DNA from: a virus
Virus record (IMG/VR): IMGVR_UViG_3300032236_001530
Location: 1 to 64,000 of that record
Strand: one strand, 5' to 3'
DNA: 64,000 bases
Shown here piece by piece: positions 58,553-64,000 of the stretch (positions within the stretch are counted from its first letter, which is position 1; every line of letters starts with the position of its first letter). Under the pieces are notes generated by a model. It was not told the origin of the DNA. It worked only from the letters and a program-made list of their open reading frames with translations, and searched no databases. The position numbers were made by a program, and so were the translations under genes.

Positions 58553-59156
58553 ATTTAAAATAACCAAGTTCTTTTAATGATAAATAAGCAAAATAAACAC
58601 CAAATATACCCATAATAAGACTCATTGTATATACCGCATATACCACAATTAAGGCTGAGAATGATACCGATAACCAAGAAGCAATTCTTCTATTTTTATA
58701 TCGATTTTTAGAAAGATTTGCTATACTTCTAACAATCTGACCACCATCCATTGGATATATTGGTAAAATATTAAATATAAATAAAAACAAATTAATATTA
58801 TACATATCATTAACAAATTCATGTATTGGTCCAACCGGACAATAAGGCTCTATAAAATAACACAATAAAGAAAGAATTAGTGTACTTATAGGACCAGCCG
58901 CTGTAATTGGAATTGAATCCCTGTCGTGCATATTTGAATCTATTGCAGCAGCACCAGAAATCATATCAATTGTGATTCCATAAACTTTATAACCTTTTTG
59001 ATTAGCCATCCAAGCATGACCCAATTCATGTATTAGAACTGAAACAAAGACCGCGCCGACTGCAATTGGTGGTAGCATTAAAAATAATAGGAAGAACCAA
59101 ATACTAACTGATACTGGTGCTCCTCGGAAATTAAATAATTTAAACGATTGTTTCAT
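58551..59156 (-). CDS. Site-2 protease (peptidase M50)
   Basis: HELGH, AAGP, FNILPIYPMDGG. Confidence 0.92.
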   Translation of the reverse strand: MKQSFKLFNFRGAPVSVSIWFFLLFLMLPPIAVGAVFVSVLIHELGHAWMANQKGYKVYGITIDMISGAAAIDSNMHDRDSIPITAAGPISTLILSLLCYFIEPYCPVGPIHEFVNDMYNINLFLFIFNILPIYPMDGGQIVRSIANLSKNRYKNRRIASWLSVSFSALIVVYAVYTMSLIMGIFGVYFAYLSLKELGYFK

Positions 59157-59216
59157 GTGTATATTTTTTACAAATGTAAGGAATATTATTAAATAATAAA
59201 ATTAAATATATACTTT

Positions 59217-59474
59217 ATGAGAATTAAAAGATTTAACGAGGATTGGGAATATACAATTACTGAAAAAGATGATGAGTTAAGTATTTTGGGTAGTGATGCT
59301 TACAAATCACCACATTCAAACTCGGTTGTTAAACTATCAACTACTAAGAATAAAAACGGTAGAACCGAAGCAATCATTATTCAAACTAATCAACACGGAA
59401 CAATTATTAATGACCCAGCTGGAATTGATAAGATAATAGATTGGTTAATGGAATACAAAGATAGAATGTATTAA
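59217..59474 (+). CDS. N-tagged protein, paralog of 4910..5167
   Basis: MRIKRFNED…INDPAGIDK.IDWLMEYKD. Confidence 0.85.
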   Translation: MRIKRFNEDWEYTITEKDDELSILGSDAYKSPHSNSVVKLSTTKNKNGRTEAIIIQTNQHGTIINDPAGIDKIIDWLMEYKDRMY

Positions 59475-59491
59475 TCAAAACTATTTAAAAT

Positions 59492-59520
59492 AAAAAAGAC
59501 CAAGATAAATCTTGGTCTTA
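59492..59520 (-). terminator. Terminator closing the ncRNA cassette
   Basis: aagaccaagat-aa-atcttggtctt with U-tract on minus strand. Confidence 0.75.
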
Positions 59521-59529
59521 AAAATAAAA

Positions 59530-60445
59530 CGCTGAGATTACACGTTCAGTGTGGCATCTTTGACTGGATTATTGTTTCCCAGTTTTATCCACCATCTTTT
59601 GAATGGTATCACCACAGTGACGGTTAGTTTGACTAACCACTTCTTGAGTTACTGAATACTCTCCACTTACTCTGCTTACTCAACCCTCGCAGGCTGATTC
59701 GGGATTCGACCCCCTATAAGTTTTTCGATGAAATCACATCCGCCTTTCGAGCTTATGTGGCTATGGACATCCCATAACTAAGTAGTCACCTTTCTATCAG
59801 TAACTAGGTAACACTTTCGATTTAAGTTTTAATTTTTACGTCAAAAAGTAAATTTTAGTGCTTGTAGATTGTGTCGAAGTAGTGGTCACCTCTCAGCTCC
59901 CAAAGCTTTTGGCCTCAAGAATACTGGACTACTCCGTGTGATGCCTCCATCACAACTCTTTAAGATATCTTCACCACGATTCACCTTACGGCTCACCTAC
60001 ACCCTTGGTAGAGTGATTAGTGTTCATTAACAGCACCACCTGTACAATGAATTGTCTTTCGACTTTGAGACACCTCTCAAGTTGAAACTCGCGATGATAA
60101 TAACTGGTGGGTCACCATTTCTCGCAAAATTTCTACAGGTTATTCTTATTGCTCTTCCGAACTCAACTGAACAATCTACACTTGCCCAGTCACCAATCCA
60201 TTTCCCTACGGAGTTACCCTCAGTACTTCAGGATTAGTGATATCCTGCTTGCTTACTCGACCTTGGTTACCCAAGACGCAAACACAATTCGCAGTTGTGT
60301 TCACTTTATCCCCCTTTCAAGGTTTATTTAACGACTATAAGCGGCCGTTGTCTTCACATTAGCCGAAGCTAATGATTCAACATATCATTCAAGGATTAAT
60401 AGACCTCACTGTCTATCAACTTACGTCTCTTGTGAGAGAACCTTT
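59530..60445 (-). ncRNA. Large structured ncRNA, GOLLD-like (~900 nt)
   Basis: GC-richer, no credible ORF, many GNRA/UUCG hairpins, 10-bp long-range helix (59863-59872 with 60171-60180), downstream of tRNAs; family assignment from size, context and recalled motifs; boundaries approximate. Confidence 0.7.
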
Positions 60446-60447
60446 AA

Positions 60448-60460
60448 TTTCAAAGAACTT
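60448..60460 (-). promoter_or_regulatory. boxA-like antitermination element
   Basis: AAGTTCTTTGAAA, identical copy at 61095-61107. Confidence 0.6.
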
Positions 60461-60514
60461 TATTTATAGTTTTTATTTTTACTTTGTTTAGAAAAATAAA
60501 AAATATTTTTTCTG

Positions 60515-60586
<72 letters not shown>

Positions 60587-60594
60587 ATTTGTAG

Positions 60595-60754
60595 TAGCCC
60601 GTAGAGGATTCGAACACTCTGTTTTCTAACCGAAAAGTTAGACGTCCTAAACATCAGGTCACGACTTGAGAGGATTGGCACCTTCTCATAACCCACCTTG
60701 GAGTCGTTTTGTTGACCGTCTGTTTCTCTTGCGAGTCCAGTAGACGAACGGGCC
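60595..60754 (-). tRNA. tRNA-Glu-like gene with ~85-nt D-loop insert and 8-nt anticodon loop
   Basis: GGCCCGT/ACGGGCT+A; TTCGTCTACTGG…TTTAGGAC; TCTAA-CTTTTCGG-TTAGA; TTCGAATCCTCT. Confidence 0.75.
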
Positions 60755-60813
60755 AAATAATTACCTAACATTGAACTTTTTGCCATATAGGACTTAGTCA
60801 AGTTAGGATTTTG

Positions 60814-60887
60814 TAGCGTGTAGAGGATTCGAACCTCTGTTCTTCGGGCGAAAACCCGACCGTCCTGAGCCGCTAGACGAACACGCC
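60814..60887 (-). tRNA. tRNA-Glu-like gene with 8-nt anticodon loop
   Basis: GGCGTGT/ACACGCT+A; GTC-TAGCGGCTCAG-GAC; GTCGG-GTTTTCGC-CCGAA; AGAGG-TTCGAAT-CCTCT. Confidence 0.8.
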
Positions 60888-60904
60888 ATTTGTTTTTTGT
60901 TTCA

Positions 60905-61298
60905 CAAAGATAAGAAGAATTTTTTAATCTACCAAATCTTTTTTCAATTTTTTTTATCTCGATTTAGTTGTTTACCTCCTTTCTGCCTGTAATCGGGAGG
61001 ATTACTGTATAATCAGGCTATTAACTTCTAAACCGATTTTGTTTTACAAAGATAAGGAGACTTTTTCATTTCACCAAATCTTTTTTTATTTTTTTTTCAA
61101 AGAACTTATCAGACGTTTCTGATTTGTTTTACAAAGATAAGGACACTTTTTTAATCTACCAAATCTTTTTCAAAAAAAGGGTTATGATTTTATCCTTCGT
61201 GATGGGGAGCGCTTATCATAATTAAGTTTTGCGTATTATACCAACACCCTTTGTTTCAATTGTGAATACAAAGATAGTATATTATTTTTAATTACAAA
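60905..61298 (-). promoter_or_regulatory. Four tandem Bacteroidota consensus promoters
   Basis: TATCTTTG at 60905, 61047, 61132, 61269, each with TTTG 20, 20, 20 and 18 nt upstream. Confidence 0.85.
61095..61123 (-). promoter_or_regulatory. boxB-like hairpin followed by boxA-like element
   Basis: ATCAGA-AACG-TCTGAT immediately before AAGTTCTTTGAAA. Confidence 0.55.
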
Positions 61299-61333
61299 AG
61301 TTTTTCTAAAATAATTTTTCAATATATAATTTT

Positions 61334-62182
61334 ATGAAGAAGATAATTACTTATATATGTTTTTTAACCTTAATAACATCTTGTGGTTTGTTTAAAAACC
61401 ATGTTAAAAGTGTTGATAATATTAAAAATACTTCTACAGATACACTATATGTAAACTCAATTAATATAGACTCTGTAAAAGAAATAAAAACAGAGGAGAT
61501 GAAACCTGATGAAGATGGAGAAGGCGTTGTTGATGTTGCTGATGGCTTGGCTGGTATGGGTAGTAATGAACACTCAAGAAAGGCTAATAGAAGACCAAGT
61601 AGTATAGAAGATAAACCAATAGAAGATAAGACTACACAAGACCAAATAATTAATCCAAATTTAGGTCTTGTTGCTTATTCTGTTCCATTAGAAATGATTG
61701 TAGGCAAAACTTATACAGCTAAACTAAGAATATCTAAAGAAAAAAATAAAATTGAATTGATAGGAGGTGATGGTGATCCTATAAGTGATGTTACAATAGA
61801 TTCAAAGATTACAATTGCTTCTATTAGGGTTGAACCTATTATGTCATCATCGTTAATATCAGATAGCTCAAAAATGGTAATACAAAATATATCATCACAA
61901 ACACAGGATATTGACAAAGATGGGTTTACTGAGTGGGAATGGAGATTAACACCGATAAAAGGCGGTGATGTTTTGTTAAGAATTGTTGTTGATGTTATTG
62001 ATCCAGCTACTAAGGTTAAGAAAGACATACCCGTTTATGATAAAGTTATAAAAGTTAAATCAAACTTAATATACGATATGGGTTGTTTTGTTAAAGATTA
62101 CTGGCAATGGCTTATAACTACAATAGTACTTCCATTTATTATTTGGTTTTATAATAAAAGAAGAAAAGAAAAAGAATCGTAA
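61334..62182 (+). CDS. Lipoprotein with C-terminal TM helix
   Basis: …LITS|CG; TEWEWRLTP; WQWLITTIVLPFIIWFY. Confidence 0.8.
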   Translation: MKKIITYICFLTLITSCGLFKNHVKSVDNIKNTSTDTLYVNSINIDSVKEIKTEEMKPDEDGEGVVDVADGLAGMGSNEHSRKANRRPSSIEDKPIEDKTTQDQIINPNLGLVAYSVPLEMIVGKTYTAKLRISKEKNKIELIGGDGDPISDVTIDSKITIASIRVEPIMSSSLISDSSKMVIQNISSQTQDIDKDGFTEWEWRLTPIKGGDVLLRIVVDVIDPATKVKKDIPVYDKVIKVKSNLIYDMGCFVKDYWQWLITTIVLPFIIWFYNKRRKEKES

Positions 62183-62301
62183 AATATTTATAACCATCTA
62201 AACCTTGGTTGGTACTAAATTATACCTCAATTTTATCATTTTTTGATGATCTTTTTACATTTTAAAACTTAATATATAAAGAAAATTAAGAATTAACCAC
62301 T

Positions 62302-64000
62302 ATGAAATTACTTAAATTTATAAGTAGCGCTTTGCTTCTTATGATCATTTCCTTACCAGCTTTCTCACAAACTGGTCCCCCAGCGCCTTCGTCCGGTAAC
62401 TGGGCTATTATCGATACCAACTATACAGTAGGTACAAACACTTTAGGTGTTACTAAAGCAAGAATCACTTTACAAAACACAACAGTTACAAAAACAACTG
62501 GCGTTCAGTTTAGAGTATTCTATGATAAAACAGCATTTGCTGCTGCAAGTGTTGCTTTAGTTGGCACACCTCCAAATTTATATCTACAATATGTAGATAA
62601 CAATGCAAATGGTTATGTTACTGTTACACTAGTTTATACTGGTTCAAGTAGTACATACTCACTATCAAATGGTCAAATGTTTGAAATAACATTTACGCAT
62701 GTTACTGCGACAACATTTGAGACATTATCATCAATTGGTAATCTAACTTGGACAGGAGCTTATCCTTATACTCAAGTAGCTTCAGCTCAATCTGGTATGG
62801 ATACCGTATTATCACTTTATAACTATGGTGGTAACTTTATCTTACCTCATCTATCATATCATGGTAGATTTGTTAACGTTACTGGTTCAGGTGCTAAAAA
62901 CTTAACATTAGCTCTACAAAAGAAACCTAAAACTGGTTCAACTTGGACAAATGTTAATACTTATGTAACAGATACTGCTGGTAGATTCTCATTCAATGAG
63001 ATTGTAGATACTACTTACTATAATGCTCGTTTAGCCGTTCAAGGTGATACAATGGGTGTTGGTAGTGTAATATCTGTAGCTGACGCACAATTAATTAACC
63101 AATGGGTTATTGGTGGTTCTACACCAACTGCTTGGAACTTCTACACAGGTGATGTAAATGGTGATAATAACCTAACTATCTCTGATGCTTATGGTGTTTT
63201 TGGTAGAATTGCTGGTAGATTCACTACTTGGCCAAATTCAGTTAAAGATATTAAATTCTTTACAGATGCTGAATACAACACAGTTGTTACATCACCATCA
63301 ACAAATATGACATCAACTGTTCCAGGTGTTACGAATTTCACATTTGATATCTTACCTGGTAATCCGGATTCAGTTATTTACCATGTATTAGTTCCGGGTG
63401 ATGCTAATAGCACAGGTTATCATATGGCTCGTCTAACTCCAATTGATATTATTAATCCAGTAAATGCTCCTAATCATTTAATTGATGAAACTGTTCAATA
63501 TGATTTTGTTGCACCTACTATTGAAGTAAATGTTCCTAATCTAACTGTTGAAGAAGGTAACTTAGTAAAACTTCCTGTTAAAGTATTTACAGGTGGCAGT
63601 AAAGTAGGATCTTTACAACTAGCCCTTAAATTTGATGGTAACTTATTAGAATTCAAACAAGTTATTAATAGTGAAAAAGCTATGAATTGGATGTCTTTTA
63701 TTAATCCAATGGATAGTGTTGTTGAGTGGGGTGGATATGATAGAACTAATGGTGAGAATCTATTCATCGATGGTGAAACAGTATTTACATTAGACTTCTT
63801 AGCTAAATCACCTAAAGACCAATGGGGTAAGTCACCTCTTTATACAACAAGAAAATTTGTTGGTGATGAAAGTTCTGGTGATATGAATTGTAAACCTACA
63901 AATGGTATCTATGCTGTCTATAAAATGGCAAATACATCAGTACCATTAAAATTAAATGAGATTTTAGTTTATCCTAATCCAACAACTGGTGAGGTTACAA
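62302..64000 (+). CDS. Partial secreted protein with cohesin/dockerin-like modules and T9SS sorting domain (runs off window)
   Basis: Open frame from ATG 62302; signal PAFS|Q; GDVNGDNNLTISDA; VGSLQLALKFDGNLLEF; ends ILVYPNPTTGEVT. Confidence 0.8.
   Translation, partial: MKLLKFISSALLLMIISLPAFSQTGPPAPSSGNWAIIDTNYTVGTNTLGVTKARITLQNTTVTKTTGVQFRVFYDKTAFAAASVALVGTPPNLYLQYVDNNANGYVTVTLVYTGSSSTYSLSNGQMFEITFTHVTATTFETLSSIGNLTWTGAYPYTQVASAQSGMDTVLSLYNYGGNFILPHLSYHGRFVNVTGSGAKNLTLALQKKPKTGSTWTNVNTYVTDTAGRFSFNEIVDTTYYNARLAVQGDTMGVGSVISVADAQLINQWVIGGSTPTAWNFYTGDVNGDNNLTISDAYGVFGRIAGRFTTWPNSVKDIKFFTDAEYNTVVTSPSTNMTSTVPGVTNFTFDILPGNPDSVIYHVLVPGDANSTGYHMARLTPIDIINPVNAPNHLIDETVQYDFVAPTIEVNVPNLTVEEGNLVKLPVKVFTGGSKVGSLQLALKFDGNLLEFKQVINSEKAMNWMSFINPMDSVVEWGGYDRTNGENLFIDGETVFTLDFLAKSPKDQWGKSPLYTTRKFVGDESSGDMNCKPTNGIYAVYKMANTSVPLKLNEILVYPNPTTGEVT

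Noticed and set aside
59530-60445. rRNA fragment, group I/II intron, tmRNA or RNase P
   Set aside because: I could not find their conserved cores by eye and no host gene is interrupted; not formally excluded without an Infernal search.

Overview
Gene-dense, very AT-rich segment of what looks like a large (jumbo/mega) tailed phage of a Bacteroidota host. Support for the host: many TAnnTTTG (-7) promoters, signal peptides cleaved before Gln, lipoproteins, and a T9SS-type YPNP cargo protein. No core capsid, terminase or full polymerase gene lies in this window, so the phage call is an inference. Most small ORFs fall into two mutually exclusive tagged classes. (i) About 24 proteins start with M-[KR]-[YH]-L-K-x-[YF]-...-(F/N)-E-S, reminiscent of the T4 capsid-targeting sequence, and sit behind an AATATATA motif (putative late promoter). 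(ii) About 31 otherwise unrelated proteins end with R-[DEN]-x-[KQ]-[LI]-x-x-[LI]-(L/GI) and sit behind host-type promoters, almost all on the minus strand. Other highlights: a 1166-aa (Gly-Ser-Ser)n protein next to an amino-sugar/glycosyltransferase cluster with a TibC/Aah-like heptosyltransferase domain; an rRNA-operon-like non-coding cassette (four tandem promoters, boxA-like sites, aberrant tRNAs, a ~900-nt GOLLD-like RNA); tRNA-like genes with 8-nt anticodon loops and structured D-loop inserts; a miniature PolB-like protein; and auxiliary metabolic genes (rpe, FeoA, IscA, FMN glutamate synthase-like, nitrilase). All family calls come from motif recognition by eye; no searches were run.
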